Source of the DNA: an uncultured Candidatus Peribacteria bacterium
GTDB taxonomy: Bacteria > Patescibacteriota > Gracilibacteria > GCA-2401425
Direction of reading: 5' to 3'
Assembly: GCA_964466055.1 (NCBI GenBank)
Contig: CAYXLW010000005.1
Coordinates: 49,508-81,507, forward strand
Length of the DNA: 32,000 nucleotides
The notes below the pieces were generated by a model. That model saw nothing but the letters and a program-made list of their open reading frames with translations, was not told the DNA's origin and did not search any database. How positions within the stretch are numbered: the first letter of the stretch is position 1; each line of letters opens with the position of its first letter. Shown piece after piece: positions 16,322 to 24,464 of this stretch. A program made the translations under genes and the position numbers.

Positions 16322-16340
16322 TCTCTATGTAGTATAGAGA
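16322..16340. promoter_or_regulatory. palindrome TCTCTAT-GTAGT-ATAGAGA, candidate operator
   Basis: Perfect 7-bp inverted repeat between the divergent XRE gene and a small plus-strand ORF. Confidence 0.3.
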
Positions 16341-16353
16341 AAAAAATGTTTTT

Positions 16354-16515
16354 ATGAATATCTCTAGAAAAGAAAAATTGAAGGAAAGAATTAGAACCTC
16401 ACTTTCAGTGATTCGTTTTTTACTTGAAGATAAGGTTGTAAAATTGGAGGATAAGAATATGGCTCTAATAAATGAAAACATCATTAGTATATTAAAAAAC
16501 ACAGAAGAATTTTAA
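16354..16515 (+). CDS. hypothetical 53-aa helical protein, divergent from the XRE gene
   Basis: Translated by hand: MNISRKEKLKERIRTSLSVIRFLLEDKVVKLEDKNMALINENIISILKNTEEF. It is below the ORF-track size cutoff. Its composition is more protein-like than the antisense 73-aa ORF 16281..16502. Confidence 0.4.
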   Translation: MNISRKEKLKERIRTSLSVIRFLLEDKVVKLEDKNMALINENIISILKNTEEF

Positions 16516-16580
16516 TTTCTATTTTTTTTTGAAGTTTATTTTTATCTTACTTATTTACAGGGGCTGAAATTTAAGTTTTC

Positions 16581-16608
16581 TTGCTTTTTGTAAAATATGC
16601 TTTAAAAT
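16581..16608 (+). promoter_or_regulatory. putative promoter TTGCTT-N16-TAAAAT upstream of rpsA
   Basis: Hexamers read directly. A small CCCC/GGGG hairpin follows at 16609-16623. Confidence 0.3.
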
Positions 16609-16701
16609 CCCCGAGCTTTGGGGAAATTAATTTTGGGAGAAGCAGCCTGTTAACTAACTCTTAAAGCCGATAGATTTATAATTAAACTGCTCATATATAC
16701 T

Positions 16702-17928
16702 ATGGATTATACATTCGATGCAAATGTAAACATGCAAGAAATTCTCGCACAGAAAGGTGCAGGATTTACTTCCTATGTGGCAGGACAAGCTGTAAAAGGA
16801 ACAGTTGTTGGTATTACAAAAAAGGAAATTTTAGTTGATCTTGATGGAAAGATAACAGGGGTTATCGCAGGGAAAGAATTAAATGATATATTAGATACAG
16901 CAAAAACTCTTGAATTAGGACAGGAAGTTTTGGCTATTGTTTTAGATCCTGAAAATGATGATGGAATTTTATTGCTTTCACTTAGAAAAGCAGGTCAACT
17001 TAGAGCTTGGGATCAGTACTATAAAGTATATGAAACACAAGAAATTGTTGAAGTTGTTCCAACTGCAGCAAATAAAGGAGGGTTACTTGTAGACTTAGCT
17101 GGTATTAAAGCATTTATACCAGTTTCACAGCTTTCTCCTGAAAATTATCCACGTGTTGATGGAGCTAATTCAAGTAAAATTCTTGAAAAATTACAATCTC
17201 TAATTGGTAAAAAATTCCAAGTTAGAGTTATTGGAATAGATAAAGAAGAAGGAAAGCTTATTTTTTCTGAAAGACAAGTGTTTGCAGAAAAGAGAAAAAA
17301 GGCCATAGGAGATCTTAAAGCAGGAGATATTGTGAAAGGAAGAGTTACAGGTGTTGTTAAATTTGGAGTTTTTGTTACTTTCAAAGGACTAGAAGGGCTT
17401 GTTCATATTTCAGAAATTGCTTGGGGGCATGTTAAAGACCCTTCACAATATGCAAAGATCGGTGATGAATTTGATATAAAAGTTATTGGAATAGATGGAG
17501 AGAAGATATCATTATCAATAAAGCAACTTCAAGAAGATCCATGGCTTAGTGCTATAGAAAAATACAAGGTAGGAAATAATGTAAAAGGAATCATAAATAA
17601 AGTTTCTGAATTTGGTGCTTTTGTTACACTTGATAATGATGTGAACGGACTTATTCATCTTTCAGAGATTGATCATGATCTAGTCACAGATCCTAATAAT
17701 TATTTTAAAGAGGGAGAGGCAGTTGAAGCTAAAGTTATTGAAATTGATACGAAAGAACATAGGATCGCTCTTTCAGTAAAAGCTTTAAAGAAAGCGCCTG
17801 TGAAAGAAGAAAAAGAAAATGAGGGTAAAAAAAGTGATAAAGAATCAGATATATCAGCGAATGATGAAGCTGTGAAAAAAGAAGAAAAAACTCCTAAAAA
17901 GAAGGATAGTAAAAAAGAAGATAAGTAG
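16702..17928 (+). CDS. rpsA: 30S ribosomal protein S1 (four S1 domains plus a Lys/Glu-rich tail)
   Basis: 408-aa ORF with repeated S1 OB-fold motifs (GxVxGxV...GVFV..., GLxHISE). Confidence 0.9.
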   Translation: MDYTFDANVNMQEILAQKGAGFTSYVAGQAVKGTVVGITKKEILVDLDGKITGVIAGKELNDILDTAKTLELGQEVLAIVLDPENDDGILLLSLRKAGQLRAWDQYYKVYETQEIVEVVPTAANKGGLLVDLAGIKAFIPVSQLSPENYPRVDGANSSKILEKLQSLIGKKFQVRVIGIDKEEGKLIFSERQVFAEKRKKAIGDLKAGDIVKGRVTGVVKFGVFVTFKGLEGLVHISEIAWGHVKDPSQYAKIGDEFDIKVIGIDGEKISLSIKQLQEDPWLSAIEKYKVGNNVKGIINKVSEFGAFVTLDNDVNGLIHLSEIDHDLVTDPNNYFKEGEAVEAKVIEIDTKEHRIALSVKALKKAPVKEEKENEGKKSDKESDISANDEAVKKEEKTPKKKDSKKEDK

Positions 17929-17951
17929 TAAATTTTATAAGAATATTTACG

Positions 17952-17987
17952 AACAGGATTAGCCTTTTTGGCTAGTTCTGTTTTGTT
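17952..17987 (+). terminator. intrinsic terminator after rpsA
   Basis: 13-bp stem (17952-17964 with 17970-17982), including two G-U pairs that form only on the plus-strand RNA. It has a 5-nt loop and a T-rich tail. Confidence 0.6.
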
Positions 17988-18091
17988 AAAAATTTTCAGA
18001 TGTAAAATGGCTTGAAATAAGTATAAATTTTTATTACAAGGACTGCATTAATTTCATATAAATTTATACGCAATTTTTCTTTATTTTTATC

Positions 18092-18119
18092 TTGACATTA
18101 GCTTATTTTTGAGTAAACT
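18092..18119 (+). promoter_or_regulatory. promoter TTGACA-N16-TAAACT for the ribosomal-protein cluster
   Basis: Consensus -35 at 18092-18097 and -10 at 18114-18119, about 55 nt upstream of the rplP ATG. Confidence 0.5.
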
Positions 18120-18175
18120 TCGCAGGCTTTTTGCTCCAGAGTATTTTAAAGCAATTTTTATATCATTATTACTTT

Positions 18176-18592
18176 ATGTTACAACCAAAAAAACAAAAGT
18201 ATCGGAAAGTTTTCAGAGGAAGGTCTGCTCTTTGCGGAAAAGCGAAAGGGAATACGTCTCTTGTGTTTGGTGATTTTGGTTTAAAGGTAATAACAGCAGG
18301 AGAAATAACTGCTCGTCAGATAGAGTCTGCTCGTAAAGCAATTAAGAATTATCTTGATCGTCGTGGAAATTTATCAATTATGGTATTTCCTCATAAAGTG
18401 CTTACTCGTAAATCTGCAGAAGTGCCAATGGGGTCAGGGAAGGGTGCTCCAGATCATTATGTGTCACCAGTGTGTCCAGGTAGAATAATTTTTGAGCTTG
18501 GTGGGGTGAATGAAGCAGAGGCTCGAGAGGCTTTCAGGTTGGGGATGCATAAGCTTCCATTTGTGTGTAAATTTGTTACTAAAGAAATATAA
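18176..18592 (+). CDS. rplP: 50S ribosomal protein L16
   Basis: MLQPKKQKYRKVFRGR is the canonical L16 N-terminus, so the internal ATG at 18176 was chosen rather than the TTG-extended track ORF. Confidence 0.95.
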   Translation: MLQPKKQKYRKVFRGRSALCGKAKGNTSLVFGDFGLKVITAGEITARQIESARKAIKNYLDRRGNLSIMVFPHKVLTRKSAEVPMGSGKGAPDHYVSPVCPGRIIFELGGVNEAEAREAFRLGMHKLPFVCKFVTKEI

Positions 18593-18593
18593 A

Positions 18594-18800
18594 ATGTACT
18601 CAATTCAAGATTTAAAAAAGATGGCAGAAAAAGACTTACAGATAGAGTTAGAAAAAACTCGAATCAACTCTGGTAAGCTCAAATTTTTAATTAAAGCTGG
18701 ACAAGAAAAGGCAGTGCATAATTTGAAAAACTTGAAAAAATATCTTGCTAGAATTCTTACTACTATAAAAGAAGTTAAACTCACTATTAATGAAAACTAA
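18594..18800 (+). CDS. rpmC: 50S ribosomal protein L29
   Basis: Position after L16, size and the helical KDLQIEL...KNLKK pattern. The start is set at the in-frame ATG at 18594. Confidence 0.85.
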   Translation: MYSIQDLKKMAEKDLQIELEKTRINSGKLKFLIKAGQEKAVHNLKNLKKYLARILTTIKEVKLTINEN

Positions 18801-19047
18801 AGAAGTAATTGTTGTTTCAACAAAAATGGCTAAGACTCTTGTAGTTAAATTAGACGTATTTAAAAAACACCCTATATACCATAAAGAGTACAAGAGATCT
18901 GTAAAGTTTTACGTACATACAGAAGATGAAAAAAAATTTGAAGAAGGGCAGAAGATAACTATCGTAGAAACTAGACCAATAAGCAAGCTTAAGAGGTGGA
19001 AAGTTTTAGAGGGTGGAGTAAAAGAATTAATAAAGGAGGCTATATAA
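18790..19047 (+). CDS. rpsQ: 30S ribosomal protein S17
   Basis: 85-aa ORF with VVSTKMAKTLVV...HPIYHK...ETRPISK. Confidence 0.9.
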   Translation: MKTKEVIVVSTKMAKTLVVKLDVFKKHPIYHKEYKRSVKFYVHTEDEKKFEEGQKITIVETRPISKLKRWKVLEGGVKELIKEAI

Positions 19048-19074
19048 TTAAAATAAATTAATATTATTAAATAA

Positions 19075-19443
19075 ATGATCCAGACACAAACACGATTGGT
19101 TGTAGCTGACAATACAGGGGCGAAGGCTGCTATGTGTATTAAAGTATTAGGAGGATCAAAAAGGAGGTATGCAGGAGTTGGTGATCCTATAGTGATTACT
19201 GTTAAAAAAGCTGCTCCAAAAGGTGTGGTTAAGAAGAAGTCAGTACAGCGTGCAGTTGTGGTTCGCACTAAAAAACAAATAAAACGAAAAGATGGTTCAT
19301 TTTTGAGATTTGACGATAATGCGTGTGTAATTATTTCAAAGGATGGAGTCCCAAGAGGAACTAGAATTTTTGGACCCATTGCTCGTGAACTTAGAGTTAA
19401 AGGTTATCAAAAAATTATTTCTCAGGCCCCAGAAGTATTATAA
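19075..19443 (+). CDS. rplN: 50S ribosomal protein L14
   Basis: [17 protein letters not shown] is the canonical L14 start. Confidence 0.95.
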   Translation: MIQTQTRLVVADNTGAKAAMCIKVLGGSKRRYAGVGDPIVITVKKAAPKGVVKKKSVQRAVVVRTKKQIKRKDGSFLRFDDNACVIISKDGVPRGTRIFGPIARELRVKGYQKIISQAPEVL

Positions 19444-19455
19444 TTAAAATTCATA

Positions 19456-19809
19456 ATGGCAGTTCTTACTAAAGACGAAGTTAAAATTATAGCCGGCAAA
19501 GACAAAGGAAAGACAGGTGTTGTCAAAAGGGTTATTAAAAAACAGGATAATAACTCTAAGAAGAAGGTTATTGTTAAGGTTGTTGTTACTGGTGTTAATT
19601 TTGTAACAAAGCACATAAAAGGGAAGGAGGGGCAGTCGGGACAAAAGATTCAAGTTGAGGCTCCAATGCATATTTCAAATGTTATGCTTATTGACCCAAA
19701 GACAAAAGAGCGGACACGAGTTGGATATACAATATCTGAATCTGGAGAGAAACATAGAGTAGCAAAAAAATCAGGAGAAATCCTTCATAATAAGGCAAAG
19801 AAAAAATAA
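19456..19809 (+). CDS. rplX: 50S ribosomal protein L24
   Basis: KOW motif IIAGKDKGKTGVV, and its position in the cluster. Confidence 0.9.
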   Translation: MAVLTKDEVKIIAGKDKGKTGVVKRVIKKQDNNSKKKVIVKVVVTGVNFVTKHIKGKEGQSGQKIQVEAPMHISNVMLIDPKTKERTRVGYTISESGEKHRVAKKSGEILHNKAKKK

Positions 19810-19822
19810 ATAATCAACATAT

Positions 19823-20362
19823 ATGTCACTTTCTAAAGATTATCGGTCGAAAATACTTAAATCAGTGAAGGAAAAGCTGGGAATGAAGAATATTAATGAA
19901 GTTCCAAGAATTGAAAAAGTAGTAATAAACATTGGAATTGGGAGTTATATTTCGAGAAAAGATAAAGACTATTCATCTTTGGTTGATAGAATTACAGTTA
20001 TCGCTGGTCAAAAACCAGTAGTGATTAAAGCTAAAAAGTCAGTATCTAACTTTAAATTAAGAAAAGGAGTTCCGAATGGAATAAGTGTTACGCTTAGAGG
20101 AAAAAGGCAGTTAGACTTTTTAGAGCGACTTATTAATATCGCATTGCCACGAACTAGAGATTTCAGGGGATTATCTAAAAAAGCATTTGATGGAAAGGGG
20201 AATTATTCAATGGGAATAAAAGAAGTTACAATATTTCCATCGGTTAGAGTAGATGACTTAACGAAAATGCATGGACTTCAAGTTAATATCTCAACAACAG
20301 CTAAAACAGATAAAGAGGCTAAAGTGTTGCTTGAAGAAATAGGAATTCCTTTTGTTAAATAA
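19823..20362 (+). CDS. rplE: 50S ribosomal protein L5
   Basis: 179 aa; NINEVPRIEKVVINIG is typical of L5. Confidence 0.95.
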   Translation: MSLSKDYRSKILKSVKEKLGMKNINEVPRIEKVVINIGIGSYISRKDKDYSSLVDRITVIAGQKPVVIKAKKSVSNFKLRKGVPNGISVTLRGKRQLDFLERLINIALPRTRDFRGLSKKAFDGKGNYSMGIKEVTIFPSVRVDDLTKMHGLQVNISTTAKTDKEAKVLLEEIGIPFVK

Positions 20363-20372
20363 TTAAATTTAC

Positions 20373-20597
20373 ATGGCTCGAAAAGCATTACAAGTAAAAG
20401 CGGCAAAACGAAAGAAAAAATATTTGGCAGATATTGCAGCAGGAAGGACTCCTGAGTTTGCAGTACGAGTTTATAACAGGTGCCAAATTACAGGAAGAAG
20501 ACATGGCTATATGAGATTTTTTGGGATGTCACGTATTATGTTTAGAAAATTAGCTTCTCAAGGAATGATTCCAGGGGTTACAAAATCAAGTTGGTAG
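20373..20597 (+). CDS. rpsN: 30S ribosomal protein S14 (74 aa, zinc-less)
   Basis: The C-terminal [39 protein letters not shown] aligns to S14 but keeps only one of the four Zn cysteines. Confidence 0.9.
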   Translation: MARKALQVKAAKRKKKYLADIAAGRTPEFAVRVYNRCQITGRRHGYMRFFGMSRIMFRKLASQGMIPGVTKSSW

Positions 20598-20622
20598 TTT
20601 TAAATTATAAATTATAGAATTT

Positions 20623-21006
20623 ATGCATTCAGATCCGATATCAGATATGGCAACACAAATGAGAAATGCTTTAATGGCAGGTCATAAGTCTGTAAATGTT
20701 CCGTACTCTAAATTAAAGGAAGCAATAATTGTTTTACTAAAAACTGAAAAATTTATAAAAGATTATAAAATAGAGAAAATAGATAAATTTGAAGAAATTA
20801 AAATTATTTTTGATGAAGATAAAGAGATTAGGAATATTAAGAAAATTTCTAAGCCAGGACAAAGGATTTACGTTAAATCTTCAGAAATGAAATCAGTAAA
20901 AAATGGAATGGGAATTGCCGTAGTTTCAACGTCAAATGGAATTATGCCTGGGTATAAGGCATACAAGGCAGGGATAGGGGGAGAAATTTTACTTGAGATA
21001 TATTAA
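20623..21006 (+). CDS. rpsH: 30S ribosomal protein S8
   Basis: DPISDMATQMRNA is the canonical S8 start. Confidence 0.95.
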   Translation: MHSDPISDMATQMRNALMAGHKSVNVPYSKLKEAIIVLLKTEKFIKDYKIEKIDKFEEIKIIFDEDKEIRNIKKISKPGQRIYVKSSEMKSVKNGMGIAVVSTSNGIMPGYKAYKAGIGGEILLEIY

Positions 21007-21030
21007 TATAAAATAATTAATTATTAAAGC

Positions 21031-21579
21031 ATGTCACGAATTGGAAAACTGCCGATTCAAATCCCTTCAGGGGTAGTTGTAACTATAGATAATAAACTTG
21101 TTACAGTTAAAGGTCCAAAAGGAGAATTGTCATATACACATCATGATCTAATCAAAGTTGAAATTACTGAAACAGATGTGGTAGTTACTAAAGTAAACGA
21201 TGAAAGAATGTCGAGATCTTTACATGGCTTGACCAGAACTTTAATTGCAAACATGGTGGAAGGTGTTACAAAAGGATTTGAAAAACGTCTTGAACTACAT
21301 GGAGTAGGATATAGAGCACAAGCAAATGGAACAAAAATAAATCTTACACTAGGGTTCTCTCATCCAGTTGAAATGATAGCTCCAGACGGAATACTGGTTT
21401 TGATGAATGAAAAAGAAAAAAATGAAATTATTATTTCAGGAATAGACAAACAATCCGTAGGACAGTTCTCAGCAAAAATTAGATCTTTGAAAAAGCCTGA
21501 GCCTTATAAAGGTAAAGGAATACGTTATAAAGGGGAATATGTAAGAAGAAAGGCGGGTAAGGCTGCAAAATCTAAATAA
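21031..21579 (+). CDS. rplF: 50S ribosomal protein L6
   Basis: MSRIGKLPIQIPSGV is the canonical L6 start. Confidence 0.95.
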   Translation: MSRIGKLPIQIPSGVVVTIDNKLVTVKGPKGELSYTHHDLIKVEITETDVVVTKVNDERMSRSLHGLTRTLIANMVEGVTKGFEKRLELHGVGYRAQANGTKINLTLGFSHPVEMIAPDGILVLMNEKEKNEIIISGIDKQSVGQFSAKIRSLKKPEPYKGKGIRYKGEYVRRKAGKAAKSK

Positions 21580-21603
21580 CAATTATTAAATCATTTATAA
21601 AGA

Positions 21604-21945
21604 ATGACACAGACAAAAAAAGTTATTTCTCGGCAAAGAAGAAAGCAAAGAATAAGAAAGAAAATCTTTGGAACTGAACTAAAGCCAAGATTGTCAATAT
21701 ACAAATCAAATGTAGCTATTTATGCACAGTTGATAGATGATACAAAAGGAGTAACTTTAGTGGCAGCTTCTTCAATTAAAGAAAAAAAATCAAATATTGA
21801 AGCAGCAAAAAAAGTTGGTGCAGAGCTTGCAAAAAAAGCAAAAGACAAAAAAATAACTTCTTGTGTATTTGATCGCAATGGACTTTCTTTCCATGGAGGA
21901 GTAGAGGCTTTTGCAGAAGAAGCGAGAAAAGAGATAAAATTTTAA
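21604..21945 (+). CDS. rplR: 50S ribosomal protein L18
   Basis: RKQRIRKKI...PRLSIYKSN...YAQLIDD pattern. Confidence 0.9.
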   Translation: MTQTKKVISRQRRKQRIRKKIFGTELKPRLSIYKSNVAIYAQLIDDTKGVTLVAASSIKEKKSNIEAAKKVGAELAKKAKDKKITSCVFDRNGLSFHGGVEAFAEEARKEIKF

Positions 21946-21962
21946 TTTAACTTAAATTAACT

Positions 21963-22559
21963 GTGGTAAAAAGAACAAAAGATGCTGGGCAAAAATTCCA
22001 AAAAGAGAAAAAAGAATTTGAAGAAGAACTTCTTCATATCGCACGTGTTACACGTGTAGTAAAAGGAGGGCGAAGACTCAGATTCCGTGCAACAGTTGCT
22101 ATAGGTGATAAAAAGGGGAAGGTTGCTCTTGGCGTAGGAAAATCTCTAGAAGTAGCTACAGCCGTACAAAAAGCTATCGCAAAAGCAAAAAAAGCTATAA
22201 TTAAAGTTCCTTTAACAGAAAGTCTTTCAATCCCTTATGAAGTTAAAATCAAATTTAAAGCAGCAAAGCTTATTATGATGCCAGCTTCAGAAGGAACTGG
22301 AGTTAAGGCTGGAGGAGTAGTAAGAAAAATTTTTGATGTGGCAGGTATTCATAATGTAATTGCGAAACGATTAGGATCTACAAATCCGTTAGTAAACGCT
22401 CAGGCAACAATGCTTGCATTGAATGAGTTGATTGCATTAGCTGAAATGAACGAAGATAAAAAAAATCAAAAGAAAATCAAATTAGAAGAACAAGCTAAAA
22501 ATAAAGTAGAAAAGAATAAGAAAACAGAAGTTGTGGAAAAATTAGAGGAAGTTGCTTAG
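21963..22559 (+). CDS. rpsE: 30S ribosomal protein S5 (GTG start, Lys/Glu-rich C-terminal extension)
   Basis: RVTRVVKGGRRLRFRATVAIGD is the S5 core. The only in-frame start upstream of that core is GTG 21963. Confidence 0.9.
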   Translation: MVKRTKDAGQKFQKEKKEFEEELLHIARVTRVVKGGRRLRFRATVAIGDKKGKVALGVGKSLEVATAVQKAIAKAKKAIIKVPLTESLSIPYEVKIKFKAAKLIMMPASEGTGVKAGGVVRKIFDVAGIHNVIAKRLGSTNPLVNAQATMLALNELIALAEMNEDKKNQKKIKLEEQAKNKVEKNKKTEVVEKLEEVA

Positions 22560-22616
22560 AAAAATATTTTATAAAACCAAATATAGGAGCATTAATCATT
22601 AATTTAAATTTTTGTT

Positions 22617-23123
22617 ATGTTACAACATGAGCTCAAGCCAAATTCAGGAGCTAAAAAGAATCGGAAAAGAGTAGGAAGAGGAAATGCCTCAGGAACAGGT
22701 ACTTTTTCAGGTAGGGGGTGTAAAGGGCAGGGGTCACGTTCTGGAGGAAGTCTTCGTCCAGGATTTGAAGGAGGACAAACTCCCTTATACAAAAGACTTC
22801 CTAAATTGAAAGGGTTTAAGAATTATTTTAGGAAAGAATTTCAAATAGTAAATGTTTCAAGTCTAAAAGATATTAAGGCGAAAGTGATTACTTCAGAAGA
22901 GCTACTTAATGCTGGAGTTATAAGAAAGAAAAATCTCCCAGTGAAAATCTTAGGAAATGGAGATATAAGCATAGCAGTTACTGTTAGAGTTGATAAGATA
23001 TCTAAAATAGCTAGAGAAAAAATAGAAAAAGCAGGAGGAAAGGTAGAGCAAATAGTTAATGAAGTTGAAAAAGCACCTAAACTAGCAAAAGAAAAAATAA
23101 TGAAAGTAAAAACTAAGAAGTAA
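22617..23123 (+). CDS. rplO: 50S ribosomal protein L15
   Basis: RVGRGNASGTGTFSGRGCKGQGSRSG is the L15 glycine-rich N-terminus. Only 57 nt separate it from rpsE, so no L30 gene fits between them. Confidence 0.9.
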   Translation: MLQHELKPNSGAKKNRKRVGRGNASGTGTFSGRGCKGQGSRSGGSLRPGFEGGQTPLYKRLPKLKGFKNYFRKEFQIVNVSSLKDIKAKVITSEELLNAGVIRKKNLPVKILGNGDISIAVTVRVDKISKIAREKIEKAGGKVEQIVNEVEKAPKLAKEKIMKVKTKK

Positions 23124-23169
23124 TAAATGCTCTATATATTAATTTATAATTTAAAATTCCTAAAATAAT

Positions 23170-23625
23170 ATGTTAAAACTTAGACTGCAAAGAAAGGGGA
23201 GGAAAAGAATGCCAATTTTTAAAATAGTTGTTGCTGAACATACAATGCCTGTAAAAGGGAAGTATATTGAAAAAATAGGGGGTTTTATTATGGGAAGAAA
23301 AGATGAAACACTTGTTATGAAAAAAGATAGAGCATTACATTGGCTTTCAGTTGGAGCTAAGCCGTCTCAAACTGTTGCTATATTACTTCTGTCTCAAGGA
23401 ATTAAAGAAGCAGAAAAATTTATAAAGACAAGAAAGCAGATGCCAAGTAAGGTAGAGCAAAAAAAGAAAGAAGAAGCTGAAGCTATGAAAAAAGCAAAGG
23501 AGGAAGCTGAAAAAATAGAAGCAGAAAAGCCAGTAGAAGATATTGCTAATGAAGAAGAGAAAAAAGATGAAGGAAAAGCTGATTCTGAAGTGCCTTCTGA
23601 AGAGGTAGAACAAGCAGGGGCATAA
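23170..23625 (+). CDS. rpsP: 30S ribosomal protein S16 with a Lys/Glu-rich extension of about 65 aa
   Basis: MLKLRLQRKGRKRMPIFKIVVAE is the canonical S16 start. Confidence 0.9.
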   Translation: MLKLRLQRKGRKRMPIFKIVVAEHTMPVKGKYIEKIGGFIMGRKDETLVMKKDRALHWLSVGAKPSQTVAILLLSQGIKEAEKFIKTRKQMPSKVEQKKKEEAEAMKKAKEEAEKIEAEKPVEDIANEEEKKDEGKADSEVPSEEVEQAGA

Positions 23626-23673
23626 GAAAAAGAAAAAAAACTGAAGAATCTTAGATTTTTTAAATATTTTTTT

Positions 23674-23925
23674 ATGGAACCAGAAGTAAAGCTTTTACAA
23701 TTTATAATTGAAAGCATTGTTGAAAATACATCTGCTGTAAAAATTGAAAGAAAAGAAGATGAATATGGTATTTTTCTTCTTCTTACGGTTTCAAAGGATG
23801 ATATGGGGAGGGTTATAGGGAAAAATGGTCAAACAGTTCAGTCCATTAGAACTATATTAAAACTTATTGGTGCTAAGCAGAAACAACGCATTACGTTTAA
23901 AGTTGTTGAACCAGAAGAAGTGTAG
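23674..23925 (+). CDS. KH-domain RNA-binding protein (YlqC/UPF0109-like)
   Basis: 83 aa with the GxxG KH motif in MGRVIGKNGQTVQSIR. It occupies the conserved position after rpsP. Confidence 0.8.
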   Translation: MEPEVKLLQFIIESIVENTSAVKIERKEDEYGIFLLLTVSKDDMGRVIGKNGQTVQSIRTILKLIGAKQKQRITFKVVEPEEV

Positions 23926-24046
23926 TAAGATCAATAGTTCTATTTTTAAGCTGATGTCTGTTGGCTTATTTTATGTCTTTTCCCACTTGATTTTCTCATC
24001 ATAAAAAGAGAAAATATTTATGTTTTAAAAGATAAACAAGTTTAAA

Positions 24047-24409
24047 ATGAATGTTTTTGATGGAAATATTTCTTTCGCCCAAATCGCAAATTTTGCCATA
24101 GCTTTTGTTCTTGTTGCAGGAACAATACTTTCGATCGCTTATATTGCTAAAGGAGGTATTTCTTTCATTACTTCAGGAGGAGAGGAGGAAAACATTAAGG
24201 CTGCAGTTCATACTGTTAGATATGCTATTGTTGGATTAATCGTAATTTTTTTATCTATTTTAATAATAAAAGTTATTGGGTCCATTTTTGGACTTGATCT
24301 TTTGTCTTATCTATCAATGGAGAAGATAAAGGGTATGATAGATTTAATTATAGAAAGACTTAAAGCCACTCCCAATTCTGGTTCAGAAATCCAAGGGATA
24401 CTTGATTAG
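24047..24409 (+). CDS. small two-TM membrane protein, VirB2/TrbC pilin-like (tentative)
   Basis: 120 aa with two long hydrophobic helices separated by a short polar loop. It lies immediately upstream of a VirB4-like ATPase. Confidence 0.45.
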   Translation: MNVFDGNISFAQIANFAIAFVLVAGTILSIAYIAKGGISFITSGGEEENIKAAVHTVRYAIVGLIVIFLSILIIKVIGSIFGLDLLSYLSMEKIKGMIDLIIERLKATPNSGSEIQGILD

Positions 24410-24464
24410 TCGTTTATAATTTATAAAAATCAGAAAAAACTCACCACAAATAATTATTAAATTA

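Noticed and set aside
16281-16502. The 73-aa minus-strand ORF.
   Set aside because: It has a Phe/Ser/Leu-rich composition typical of the antisense strand of an AT-rich coding region. The plus-strand 53-aa ORF is the better model.
18687-19671. Minus-strand ORFs (68, 156, 64 and 75 aa) across rpmC-rpsQ-rplN-rplX.
   Set aside because: They are antisense to unambiguous ribosomal-protein genes.
23383-23717. Minus-strand ORFs of 76 and 107 aa. Similar cases occur at 29019-29485, 17145-17384 and 22604-22792.
   Set aside because: These are antisense shadows of Lys/Glu-rich (GAA/AAA-rich) coding tails, which give Phe/Ser/Leu-rich open frames.
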